From Eledone cirrhosa (Eukaryota): a stretch of DNA of 64,000 nt. How positions within the stretch are numbered: position 1 is the stretch's first letter; every line of letters starts with the position of its first letter. The stretch covers positions 87,172,001-87,236,000 of the forward strand of contig OZ024741.1 in the NCBI GenBank assembly GCA_964016885.1, given 5' to 3'. A program made the translations under genes and the position numbers. Shown piece by piece: positions 38,959 through 50,789 of the stretch. The notes beneath the pieces are model-generated. The model was not told the origin of the DNA, made no database searches, and worked only from the letters and a program-made list of their open reading frames with translations.

Positions 38959-40077
38959 TTATCTCCTTCTACAATAAAATGAGTCTCTGAAGCTCCTTCG
39001 GAAATTTTCGGAGAGTAAGGCGTAAAGAAGCGGGTTTAAGCCGCTGTTAGCATAGTACAACAAGTAACAAATCGGAGAGAGAAGACTGCCCAATGATGTT
39101 GTGTCAATCCACAAATAGAGACAGGATCGAATATGATAAGGTAAAGCTAACAATGCAAATGAGCATATAATCATAATTAAAAGTATGATGACCTTTTTAC
39201 GAGCTTCAATAACTTTATGCGTAGTAACTCTTGGATAACGAATTTGAACGTCCCGTTCCGTATGAAGAGAATCACACTGACTATTCTCAGAACATGTGGA
39301 AGAAGATGATTTCTTAAATGAAAAGTTTTGAATATTGTCTCTTCTGTGCTTGTGTGGCGTGTTGTTTTGCTTATTTCTTTCGGTGAAGCTTTGCTGTGTT
39401 TTCGTATAAATCATTACGCTTCCTTCATTTTCGATTTGTGAATCGTATTCAGATACAGATTCTTGCTCCGTCTGAGATTCTGATACCGGTGGACTGTTTT
39501 GACAAAAGCCGTGTTGTTTCAGTATATTATTTGGACGGTGTAATCGAATCATTTCTACGTTCATTTCTCTTATTACTCTTTCTTTTAATATCAGAGTAGT
39601 TTTTGTATTGCAGCGTATCATATTGCCCTTCTCATTTGTACTAATATGCGTATCGTGCTTAATGTTGCTACTCGATTTTGTGGTCAATGCCATATTCAGG
39701 CTACTGTTACTGCTGCGCCAAAGTGCTGCTGCTATTTTTATGTACATAAATGTTAATACGGCCAGTGGTATAACGTACCAAATTATCAGATTAGCTAATA
39801 CATATACGTTGGTTTGAATGCTCTCCGATCTCATGTAACAATAAGTGTAACTACCTATTGTGAAAGTGTCATAATCAATTAGTTGAGGAGAGTTATACGC
39901 CACCATCAACAACCATATAAGGATTTGGGCAATGCGGAATCGTCTAAAGGTGAATAATTGCTTGGCTTTCAGGGGATGCAAAATGGCTACGTAACGTTCC
40001 ATTGAAATCACAGTCAACAGAAGGACGGGTACTGTGAGGCTCATATAATGAGCAAAGTAATAGATTTTACACATCAC
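38959..40077 (-). CDS. TrissinR: Terminal coding exon (TM3-TM7) of a rhodopsin-like class A neuropeptide GPCR, trissin receptor-like
   Basis: CKIYYF (TM3 Cys), SMERYVAILHPL (E/DRY), IW..Y.SP (TM4), WYVIPL (TM5), long ICL3, ARKKVIILL..FALLALPYH (TM6), NSGLNPLLYALLSENFR (NPxxY + helix 8). The pattern matches my recollection of trissin receptors. Phase-0 acceptor ctttcttttgtag|GTGATGTGT at 40078/40077. GPCR call strong, subfamily less so. Confidence 0.85.
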   Translation of the reverse strand: MMCKIYYFAHYMSLTVPVLLLTVISMERYVAILHPLKAKQLFTFRRFRIAQILIWLLMVAYNSPQLIDYDTFTIGSYTYCYMRSESIQTNVYVLANLIIWYVIPLAVLTFMYIKIAAALWRSSNSSLNMALTTKSSSNIKHDTHISTNEKGNMIRCNTKTTLILKERVIREMNVEMIRLHRPNNILKQHGFCQNSPPVSESQTEQESVSEYDSQIENEGSVMIYTKTQQSFTERNKQNNTPHKHRRDNIQNFSFKKSSSSTCSENSQCDSLHTERDVQIRYPRVTTHKVIEARKKVIILLIMIICSFALLALPYHIRSCLYLWIDTTSLGSLLSPICYLLYYANSGLNPLLYALLSENFRRSFRDSFYCRRR

Positions 40078-40157
40078 CTACAAAAGAAAGTAGACAGTAT
40101 CATGATAGTAACAACGAAGAGAAGAAATTGTGGAACAAAAAAATAAAGATGATGGTG

Positions 40158-40186
40158 ATTATTATTATGATTATTATTATTATTAT
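40158..40186 (+). repeat. (ATT)n microsatellite, left remnant of the insertion target
   Basis: Imperfect att repeats immediately before the truncated Tx1 copy. Confidence 0.85.
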
Positions 40187-41034
40187 TACTTGGGGAAACT
40201 CTAGGCCTTGACGAAAATCAACTAGCCAATCTCTTCGGAAGAACTTTCGGGCCGGGGCTTATGGACAACTTCCAGAAATCCCTGGCCTGGCAGTGCTACC
40301 GAGGAGCCTTGCCAGTTCGGGATAAACTCTACAGGCATGGAGGTGCCGTCAGCCGGGCATGTCCGAGATGCGCGCAGGGCGACGAAACCGTCCTGCACGC
40401 ACTCGTCCAGTGTCCGAGCATTGCTGACTTGTGGGTTTATGTCGAACACTTGCTATCGCGTGTAGGACGGATCCGGTTATCAGCTGAGTCCATCGTGAGG
40501 ATTGCCCCGCCCTCTTACTTTAGCCGGGAAGGGCAGGCAGTTTTTATCTGTCTGGTGGCCATGGCGAAAGAGATAGTATGGTGGACACGTTTGAAAGGGC
40601 TGAAGACGAGCACTTACCTCTTCGGTGATGCCCTGATTGACTTTTTCAAATTTCATTTGAAAAGGAAAATCAGAGTAGAGAGGGAAGTGCTCTCTTCCCA
40701 GCATTTTGTTGAAAGATGGGTGAGAGAAGCAAGTATGGCCCGAGTGAATGGGCCTACTCTGAGTATGTGTCTATAAATTAAAGGTGGAAAACTAGGAGAG
40801 GGCACTTGCCTTGGTGGTCAGGGTCACTGTGGCCTTTTACTGGGCTGTCTCCACAAATGTCCCTCGGAAGTCTCCCCCCTATTGGGGAATTTTTCATCGT
40901 TATTTTTATTACATCCTCTGTTTTTGTTTTTTACACGCAGAAATGCCCATTTGTACCGCCCTGTATTGTCCTGCACTGTCCTTAATGTCTACTTTATGTA
41001 AACCCTTGTGGTTAATAAAGAAAGCAAAAGAAAG

Positions 41035-41035
<1 letters not shown>
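40187..41035 (+). mobile_element. 5'-truncated Tx1/L1-clade non-LTR retrotransposon (ORF2 C-terminus + 3'UTR)
   Basis: Near-identical to 46121-46958. ORF 40261-40776 carries the CPRC..ETVLHALVQC zinc motif. Ends AATAAAGAAAGCAAAAGAAAGC and is flanked by (ATT)n. Confidence 0.93.

Positions 41036-41077
<42 letters not shown>
41036..41077 (+). repeat. (ATT)n microsatellite between the two Tx1 copies
   Basis: Pure att repeats. Confidence 0.95.
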
Positions 41078-41287
41078 GGCGACCTACGTAGTAAATCGTA
41101 TCATCATGAGCTCCGCAAAGGTTTGTTGTTTTCGTTTGTTAAAAATTGCCATTTATAGAAATTTTTTATTGTTAACTGTATATAAGCGCACATACATTGT
41201 TTTCCGAAAAGGACACCCAAAAGGATTGGGGCCTTGTGCCCAAAATTTAAACTTTTATGATTATCAAAAAATTTCTTTGAAAAAATC

Positions 41288-43257
41288 ATGGTTGATTCAC
41301 CTCTGCACCAAGCAGCTGAGAGCCTTCCTCACAAACTAACACCTCACACCGACACCACCATTGTAAATATTGCTACGTTTGCCAACACTGGAAATGTAAG
41401 CAGCACCAATATTTTAATTTTGTCTCAGGCAGACGTTCATTTCCCGCCATTACCAATGACTGCAGGTTTTAAAGCCGCTACCACCACCACCACCGCGACA
41501 ACCCCCACCCCAACCCCCACCACCACCACAGCGACAACAGAAACAAAAGAAAAAAATTAATTAATTCGTGATATCGAAATGAATTCAACCAAAATGAACT
41601 CTTCCATACCGAACACCACTGAAGCAACCACCACCACAACTGAGACTAAAATTAACAATACCAAAAATAACGATAACAACAACAGCAACAATGAAATTAA
41701 GAAAAATACCTTGAGTTTTGCCAGAGTAGCAAAAACGTGCGAAGCGATCCAGGTAACTCAGGAGGAATTAGAAGAAGCCAAAGGAATGGTAAAGAAAGAT
41801 GGGTACAGGGTCAGCCTCACCCCCCACCTAATAAAATGGAGCATCGGCGCCTATGCACCGTGTCTTATCGAACAATTAACGTAAAATCGCGCCGAGTGGA
41901 ACGGGCATCCGAGTCCCAAATCCAAAAAGCTTTGGGACATGTGTGGGAAAGAAAAACCCACATCAGACGTGGACAGAAGTATGTAATCGTGGACGTGTTC
42001 TTTGAAACACCAGAGGAGGCTAGAGAACACTCCATGGCCCCATTAAGAAGTGACGGCTTCACACTCGTCCCAAGCTATTGTGGCCAGAGACTCGTAAAGA
42101 TCAGGGTGACCCACGTTCCACCGGCCATCGAAATTCCCTGGCTAATAGCTGCCGTCCTCGCTGGCATCGAAGCCAACACAAAGATAATAGAAATAGCGAA
42201 AGAAAAGCAGAACTGGTCCGGATCTGGGATGGAGCTCCTGATCCAAGCGGACCAAATGAGCATTGAGGAGATCCCAGAGGTAATAGACCTCACTGACGGC
42301 AGCCACCTCACCGTAATCGTCGAGGGCAGAAGGCCTAGGTGTGTCGTTTGTGGTGAAGGAACCCACCTAAGGGCTTTCTGCCCTCAGGCTAAAAGGTTAA
42401 GGCCACCTCTCCTACCCACCCCAGGGACTCAACCATCAACACCACCAGCAGCAGAGATGGCAGCAAAAACTGTAGCAGCAACAACAGAAGCAACTATAAC
42501 AGCAACAGCCCCAGCAACAGTAGCAAAACCAACACCACCACCACCCAACGCGCCAGAACTAGCACCAGCGCCTACACCATCCACCACCCCACAACCAAAA
42601 CTAACGCCTGTGGAGGATTTTCCACTCCCCGGCCTATCACAACTGGAGACATATTGTGACGACGAGGAGTGGGAAACGGTATCAGGAAAAAAGAAATAAA
42701 GAAACCAAAAAAGAAAAAGTTCTGTTCCTTCCCCCTCCAAAAACAAAATACAGAGGGAAACAAATAAACTATCAAACAAAAAAGTTAGGACGGATATGCC
42801 ACCATCCACACCAGCATCACCAACCTCATCACCCCAAACACCAACACCATCACCATCATTAACCCCAACACCACCATCACCTACACCACAAAAGTCACCA
42901 AACAGCGAAACAGAAACAAACCCACAACAAACGCAAACAAAACAAAACAACCAAAACGATACACACTACACAGAATTAAATTTGAACAACAACCAATTAT
43001 TACACTACATCCAACACAACACCAGCATCACAGAAAAAGACTACACAACAACCCAAAAATTCACACCACCTCCACACATACAAATGACTCGCATCACACA
43101 GATAACGTACATGACACTAAAACAAAAATTCCCCAAAGACATCGGAGACTTCCGACAAGCACTCTCCAGGAGGATTTATAAGGACATCCTTCCTGAGGAG
43201 GCCACAAGCAGTGAAAAGGATGGAGAAACCGTCCTTCCTGTACGAGAAGTAAGGTAA
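41288..43257 (+). pseudogene. ORF1 (gag-like, CCHC zinc knuckle, Thr/Pro-rich arms) of the Tx1 element
   Basis: ORF pieces 41288-41560, 41579-41884, 41737-42699 and 42796-43257 join via two in-frame stops (41558, 42697) and one frameshift (~41820). Motif EGRRPRCVVCGEGTHLRAFCP. Confidence 0.85.
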
Positions 43258-43291
43258 GTGGTCTTTCCCATCTTTTTCACTCCATTTCAAC

Positions 43292-46200
43292 ATGACCTCA
43301 CTCAGAATAGGCAGCATAAATGCGCGTGGCTTGGGGTCGTCATGGAAGCAGGGCCACCTGCTCAACGACCTCAGGTCACTAAACATAGATGTAGTGGCCA
43401 TCAGCGAGACCAGAATCTCCGAAGCACGGTTCTTCGCACCGATCTTCGGCGGCTACGATGTGTACGCATCTCCCAGCCGTCCGGGATCGGGGAGAGGAGT
43501 TGCTGTGCTTTTTCGGAGAGGTTTAGATCTTGCCATACGGGCCATCTTCCTGGACCCAGAAGGTAAGTTGGTGGTGCTGGACGTGACCAGCGGAGACGGG
43601 CAAGCTTTCAGGTTAATGGCCGTCTATGCCCCGACAGGAGCAGGGCAGCCTGATTTCTTCCGGCGTCTGGAGACCTTTCTTGGAACGTCCCGCTCTTTAG
43701 TGTTAGTGGGCGACTGGAACGGGATCTTAGATGCACGCTGGGACTGTGTGGGATTAGTGAATAGGGGAGGAGGGTGCAAGAGTCTCACCAACCTGCTGAG
43801 GCGTTTTGAACTGTCTGACAGGTACCGGTTGGATTTCCCGAATGTGCCAATGTGGACTTGGACAAACCGCATAGGGTCATCCAGATCATATCTAGATAGA
43901 GTATTTTGTAGGGAAATAGATAGGTCTAGCATAGGCTGTCCACAATTTAAGATAGTCAGCTACACGGACCACAAATTCGTCATCTATGTGCTTGACTTAG
44001 ATAGGCTTCATAGACGAGGACCCGGCTACTGGAAGCTAAACGCGTCCTTACCAGCGCGCAAGGCCTACAGAGACCGGATTAGCGAACTAGTTAAGCGAGC
44101 GTTGACGGGGGCCATCGTCAACAACAAGTGGTGGTTTGCTCTGAAAAGAGCAATTAGAATAGAGTCCATTGGGTTTAGTAAGGCTTTAGCAATAGAGAAA
44201 AATAGAGCAGAGGGAGAACTAGTTAGAAAATTAGACGAGGCGCTTAGCAAAGGCATCGCGACCGACGTACTTGCGGCGAAATTGGCCCTTTACCAATTCT
44301 TTAATGCAAAGCACGAAGGCTGCGTTGTCAGAGCTAGGGTGCGTGCTCTCAGACACGAGGGTACGAAAGCCGTTCAATGGGCCCGAGTGGCGGAGGCGCG
44401 TTGTGGCAACAAAGCCACGATCCGGTCTTTGGTGGACCACGACGGGTGCATGCTACTCGATCCCGGGCAAATGTGTGAAGCTTTTCAGCGACACTTCGCA
44501 CAGCTGTTCGGGGGCAGCGGCGGGCCGGATCGAGGAATGGACTTTAGTGTCTACCTCGACGGACTGCCGCGGCTCTCGGCCACTGAGGCGGAGTGTTGCG
44601 AAAAGCCGATAACAGCCGCTGAAGTACGGGAGGCAATGACTGGCTGCACAAGGGGTAAATCGCCTGGTTTGGATGGTCTGCCCTATGAACTTTACGTACA
44701 AATGCCAGACTTGTTCGGAGGCCTCTTGGCGGACGTCTACTGCAACTCGCAACAGAACGGAAGAATTCCCAGCTCTGTGAGCCGAGGAGCTGTGGCGCTG
44801 CTGAGAAAGGATCCGAACAAGGGGGATAATATAGATAATTTCAGGCCCATAACTCTGCTAAACACAGAGTTCAAGATTTTGGCCAAGGTGCTAGCAAAGA
44901 GGTTGGCGCCTGTCGTTGGTGGTCTGGTGGGAGAGGCGCAGACATGCGCCATTCCCGACAGATCCATCCACGACAACCTCCACCTCATGCGATACATCGT
45001 AGAGAGGGTAGCTAGGGAACATGGCACGGGTGGGTCCTTGATCAATTTAGATCAGTCGAAAGCATTCGATAGGGTCGACCATCGTTACCTAGCGGCAGTC
45101 CTGAGGGCGTCTGGCATTGGGCCCGTCTTCAGAGGCTGGATCGCTGCCATGCACAGCGACATCTGCTCTGTGGTGAGAGTGAACGGTCACCTTTCGGAAC
45201 CGTTCAACATCATGCGCTCGGTCCGCCAAGGATGTACCCTCTCGTCCCTCTTGTACGTATTGACTCTCGAACCATTACTGCACAAACTGGAGACATTGAG
45301 GGGGTCCCGCGCGAACTAGGATGCGGAAGATCCGTGTCAGCATATGCGGACGATGTCACCCTAGTGGTGTCGAACGCCAAACACATCGAGGCGATCTGAA
45401 CTACACTAAGAGAATACGAAGCGGTGACAGGAGCAATGATCAACCAGGAAAAGTCAGTGGGCCTGCAGCTCGGCACCTGGAGAGTCAGGTCCATGCCGTC
45501 CAACAGCGTCATCGGGCGCTGGACGGACGGACCGGTTAAATCGCTAGGGGTCTGGTTCGGTCCGGACCTCCAGACGGACAAAAACTGGGACGAGGTGACG
45601 AGCAGGGTGGCTTCTCTCACCCAGAAATAGGCGGAGAGGAAGCTATCCCTGAAAGGTCGAGCGGAGGTGGCTAACGCGTACATCGCGTCCGTCATCTACT
45701 ACCGCCTGACCGTCGTACCTTGTCCTAAGCCCCGCTTGACTGTGCTGGAGCGTTTGCTCTTTCGCTTTTTGTGGAAGGGACGCGCTCCGATGGTCAGGTG
45801 GTCCATCTGCTGTCAACACCCGCTACGTGGAGGGCTGGGAATGCCGTGGCTGATGATGCGCAGACATGCGCCCAGGCTACGACATCTCCACCTCTTCCTC
45901 GACGGTGATCAGGTGTGGTGTCCGTTTGCTAGACGCGTCTTTCCCCAACTCGTCTCCTTGACGGAGCTGCAGTCCTGGGTCAAGCGAAGACCGAGAGGGA
46001 GCGCTTGGAGACTGGAATGTCTTCAGGCGCTCACAGCCTTCGACCACTCGATCAATGTGATCGGTGGAAACTCCACCTCGGCGTTCTATAGAGGATTAGT
46101 GGAGGGGAAGTGCGACGACGTACTTGGAGAAACTCTATGCGTCGACGAAAATCAAGTAGCCAATCTCTTCGGAAGAACTTTCGGGTCGGGGCCTATGGAC

Positions 46201-46710
46201 AACTTCCAGAAATCCCTGGCCTGGCAGTGCTACCGAGGAGCCTTGCCAGTTCGGGATAAACTCTACAGGCATGGAGGTGCCGTCAAGCGGGCATGTCCGA
46301 GATGCGTGCAAGGCGACGAAACCGTCCTTTACGCACTCGTCCAGTGTCCGAGCATTGCTGACTTGTGGGTTTATGTCGAACACCTGCTGTCGCGTGTAGG
46401 ACGAATCCGGCTATCAGCTGAGTCCATCGTGAGGATTGCTCCGCCCTCTTCCTTTAGCCGGGAAGGGCAGGCAGTTTTTATCTGTCTGGTGGCCATGGCG
46501 AAAGAGATAGTATGGTGGACACGTTTGAAAAGGCTGAAGACGAGCACTTACCTCTTCGGTGATGCCCTGATTAACTTTTTCAAATTTCATTTGAAAAGGA
46601 AAATCAGGGTAGAGAGGGAAGTGCTCTCTTCCGAGCATTTTGTTGAAAGATGGGTGAGAGAAGCAAGAATGGCCCGAGTGAATGGGCCTACTCTGAGTAT
46701 GTGTCTGTAA
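43292..46710 (+). pseudogene. ORF2 (AP endonuclease + reverse transcriptase) of the Tx1 element
   Basis: APE motifs SINARGL, ISET, LVGDWN, YTDHK. RT motifs KSPGLDG, FRPITLLN, LDQSKAFDRVDH, VRQGCTLS, and SAYADD after a frameshift near 45300. In-frame stops at ~45398 and ~45628. C-terminal CPRC..C. Confidence 0.92.
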
Positions 46711-46958
46711 ATTAAAGGTGGAAAACTGGGAGAGGGAACTTGCCCTGGTGGTCAGGGTCACTGTGGCCTTTTACTGGGCTTTCTCCACAAATGTCCCTCC
46801 AAAGTCTCCCCCCTATTGGGGAATTTTTCATCGTTATTTTTATTACATCCTCTGTTTTTGTTTTTTACACGCAGAAATGCCTATTTGTACCGTCCTGTAT
46901 TGTCCTGTACTATCCTTAATGTCTACTTTATGTAAACCCTTGTGGTTAATAAAGAAAG

Positions 46959-47013
46959 TATTATTATTATTATTACTATTATTATTATTATTATTATTAT
47001 TGTTATTGTTATT
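46959..47013 (+). repeat. (ATT)n microsatellite between the Tx1 3' end and the R4 element 3' end
   Basis: att repeats with a few act/gtt variants. Confidence 0.92.
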
Positions 47014-47087
47014 CCTTGAATCTCAGTCATTGATGTTGGTTAACTGGAAAGTCCGTTGGATTGAATATCAAGCCACTACCTGCAGCC

Positions 47088-50000
47088 TCAGATATTCAGG
47101 ACGTATCGGAGGGTTCTTGCTGTTCCAAGCAAGCATGCCTTTTGAAGCGTTCCAAAAAGCGTGAAGGGGCCGATTTTCTTTAACCATCCCTGGAAACTTT
47201 TGGAGATAGTCCCCAGTGCGCCTATGACAATCGGGATCACTTTGACTTCATGGCAATTCCAAATCCTTTTCACCTCCCACTTTAGGTCCTGGTATCGGTT
47301 AATTTTCTCCCTCTCCTTCTCTTGCACTCTCGTGTCGAACGGGCAGGCCACATCCACAATCAGGCACGATCTTTTTTCTTTGTCCACAACCACCAGGTCA
47401 GGTCTATTGTGTTCCAGTTTTTTGTCCGTCTGTATCCTAAAATCCCACAGCACCTTCACCTGATTGTACTCCATCACCGCCTCTGGCCTATGCTCATACC
47501 ATTTCTCAGAATGTGGTAGATTGTTTACTTTGCACAGGTGCCAGTGGATCACCCTGCCCATCACATCGTGTCTCCAGCCCTTATAGTGGGTCTGGGCTAG
47601 GTGTTTACACTCGGACACAATGTGGGCCACAGTCTCCTCTCTCTCTCCACAGATCCTGCACAGTGGGCTGGCCTCCTCCTTGTAGATATGGTGCTTCAAC
47701 CACTTCGTTTTGAGGGCCTGCTCCTGCGCAGCCATTAGCATTCCTTCTGTAGCCTTTTTGAGGTCTCCTCTTCTCAACCAGTTCCATGTCTGTGGATCTC
47801 TAAATTCAGTTTTCTCAAAGAAGGTATTTTCTCAATGAAGGGGTTTTCCCTTAAGGCTGCTCTTCCTCCTTGATGTTATTTCCTCCCTGGACATCCCCTG
47901 GCCTACTGTCCCCTCCTTCAGTACAGCTCTGAGCATTGGCTCCTTACTATAGGTCACGTATTTGTATAGGTTGTTTTTCTCCATCTGAACACAGTCCTCT
48001 ATGCTGATAAGACCTCTTCCACCCTCAGATCTCCTTAGGTAGAGTCTATCGACATCACTCCTCTTGTGGAACATGTTGTAGATAGTCAATAGCTTCCTAG
48101 TCTTCCTATCCATTTCTTTCTGTTCAGCAACATTCCATCTCAGAATTCCCGCACTGTACCTAATAATAGACACAGCTCGGGAATTTACTGCGCTTATGGC
48201 ATTTCTGCTGTTCAGATGTGACTTCAATACGCTCCTTACTCTCCGAATGTATTCAGTTCTTAACAATTCCTTCATTTTTTTGTTCTTTATGCCATCAGCC
48301 TCCAGAACGCCCAAATACTTGTATCCTTCCTCAGAGTCAATTTTCTTTATCATCTCACCTGTTGGTATCTGGATCCCGTTACTTCTGCTCAACCTACCCC
48401 TCTTCATCACAATGACTCCACATTTACCAATACCAAACTGCATACATATATCACTGCTGAAAATACGGACAGTGTCAACAAGCACATCCAACTCCTTCTC
48501 ACTTTTCCCGAAGAGCTTAAGATCGTCCATGAAGAGGAGGTGATTGATGGTAAGCTCTCCCCTTCCCAACTTGTATCCTGCTCTCACTTTTCGCAGCATA
48601 ATGGTCAAGGGCATCAGGGCAAGGACAAACAACAGAGGGGACAGGCTATCTCCCTGGAAGATACCTCTCTTGATCTTCACGCTTCCCAAGGATACTCCAG
48701 TTGATGTCAACTCTGTCTCCCAGGACCCCATACTCCTGCCTAGCAACTGTCTGATGTTATCTGCCACCCTGAAGATCTTCAGGCTTTTGGTGATCCAGGA
48801 ATGAGGCACCATGTCAAATGCCTTTCTGTAGTCTATCCATCCCATGGCAAGATCAGTGTGTCTCCTCCTGCAATTCCCCATTACCATCTTATCAATAAGC
48901 AACTGGTCCTTTGTACCACGTGACTTCTTTCGGCATCCTTTCTGTTCGTCCGGTAACAAGTTGTTTGTGTGGAGGTGATGGTAGATTTCCTCAGACACAA
49001 TGCTCGTCAACAGTTTCCACATTACGGGCAGACATGTGACAGGTCTATAGTTGGTAGCATCATTACCCTTGATTCGGTCTTTCATTATCAGAACTGTGGT
49101 ACCTTTTGTCAACCACTCTGGCACCTCACCCGACACCAAGCAGTCATTGAACATGGCCGTCAGCTTCGGGTGGAGGGATGTTAGATGTTTAATCCAATAC
49201 CCCTGCACACCATCTGGGCCTGGTGATTTCCAGTTGGTTAGTTTTTTGGCTTGCCCCTTAAGAGTTTCAACTGTGATACTCAAATCAGTCTGTTGCTGTG
49301 CCTGCTCACCGATCTCCCTCTGTACTGTCTCAATCCACCCTGCCTGGGCATTGTGTCTAACATCCTGCTCCCATATTCCTCTCCAGAATGTTTTAGTTTG
49401 CTCCGCCCCAGGGATCAAGTCGTTGCCTCTTTCTTTGCCCTCAAGCTGTCCAAACAGCATCTTCTGGTTGTTGTCGAACATGCGGTTCTGTTTATACTGA
49501 CTGACTCTGTTCTCGTATCGCCTGATTTTTGCACTCTTTGCTACAATGCGTTGCTTCAATTCCTCTATGATAATATTTAGCTTTTTACTCCTAGTTTTGT
49601 ATTTTATTTCCAGTCTATTTTTAGTGCCTATGTTTTTTAGTGTCCCATTCAGTAGTGACTCAAGCTTTCCTATGTCATTTCTCATTTCCCCGATTTGCCC
49701 ACTCAGTCGCTTCTTCCACCACGGCTCTGCTCTTTCTTGTCTGTTGTTTCCTCTCGCTTTTATACCAAGTAGTTTCCTCACCGTATTTGCTGTTGCTCTG
49801 AGGATATTGTTGCACTGGTGAAGGCTCCTCGCCTCAAGGTATGGGATGACTTTGTTTACCTTAGCTGTTGTTTCTTTTAACTTTTTCCTGTCTACAAATC
49901 TTAGGTTCATAGGTCTCCCACTATCATTGTTCAATTCATCTACCACTAAATTTAGGATGTCAACCGAATCTTGTCCTAGCCCGTCAGCATTCATCTCCTC

Positions 50001-50486
50001 AGTGGCCGTATCTCTGTTCCAGGTATTATTTATCTCAGTACTCAGATCATTGTCTGCTTCGGGTGGTTCCTCCGTTCTCAGGACCTCCTCACCTTCATTT
50101 CCCACCGGCTCGCTTGTCTGGCATACTACACCCGCCATCTCCAAGCCATTCTCTCTGCTCAGTTCCTCCAGTTCCAGCTCGCTTATCCACCCATTAGTTC
50201 TTATTACCCGAGCCTGCCCGGCCAATTTTTGTTCATCTAATTTAAATAAACCAATCTCGTTCCAGATGTTATACATCCGTCTCCTGTAGCCCCTCTCCTT
50301 GGGGTTACTTTTCAGGTAGCATTGCATAACAGTTCTATTCAATTCTTTCGTCCAGTTGGTTCTGGCCCCTTTCCTTCTTCTCCTTCCTCCAACATCAGCA
50401 GTATTTGGTTGACAGTCAGGTTCCTGCTGCTGAGCCAGGGGGCACCTGTTGGGTGAGAGTCTGTCACATGACGTTCTAGTCTCCAT
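47088..50486 (-). pseudogene. R4/Dong ORF (~1130 aa): RT, CCHC motif and PD-(D/E)xK endonuclease, with one in-frame stop
   Basis: NWKSPGPDG, YRPVTCL, WIDYRKAFDMVPH, GIFQGDSLSP, LLFMDDLKL, YKYLG; then CRICGEREETVAHIVSEC, RHD, NRPDLVVVD, DVACP, PIVIGALG, LQKACLLGTARTLR. ORFs 47832-50486 and 47088-47777 are in one frame separated by TGA at 47832-47834. Confidence 0.92.
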
Positions 50487-50789
50487 TTCACCGTTATTCG
50501 AACTGTTTATGTTCGATATTTAAACACTCTTATCGAGGATTGGCGAATGTATGTTTACATAGCCATCTGTGGATCCGCCATCCCACTTGGCCCTTGTGTG
50601 GCATTATCACCACGCTGTATACGAACACACATAAACAAACAAACACACAGGCAGAAAGGGCCCCAGAAATGAATAAGCATAAGTTTCATTGTAATGTAGT
50701 GTTCGAATGTCTGACTTAGTTTTAGTTTTTTAAGTTTTACTTTTCCCCCCCTCTTCTCTGTCCGTCCGCCTGCTTCTCTCTTCATTCTT

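Larger units (their letters stand above)
41078..46958 (+). mobile_element. Full-length (~5.9 kb) Tx1/L1-clade LINE, inactivated
   Basis: ~210-nt 5'UTR, ORF1 with CCHC knuckle, ORF2 with APE + RT + C-terminal zinc motif, 3'UTR with AATAAA at 46948-46953; (ATT)n on both sides. Confidence 0.93.

Noticed and set aside
42429-50289. Antisense and alternate-frame ORFs over the Tx1 and R4 elements
   Set aside because: Shadows of the real TE reading frames, with no independent motifs.
50500-50665. HDV-like ribozyme just upstream of the R4 ORF (ATCCTCG loop-like motif, GGCCCTT/AAGGGCC stem)
   Set aside because: I could not build P3, P1 and P1.1 pairings in the required order.
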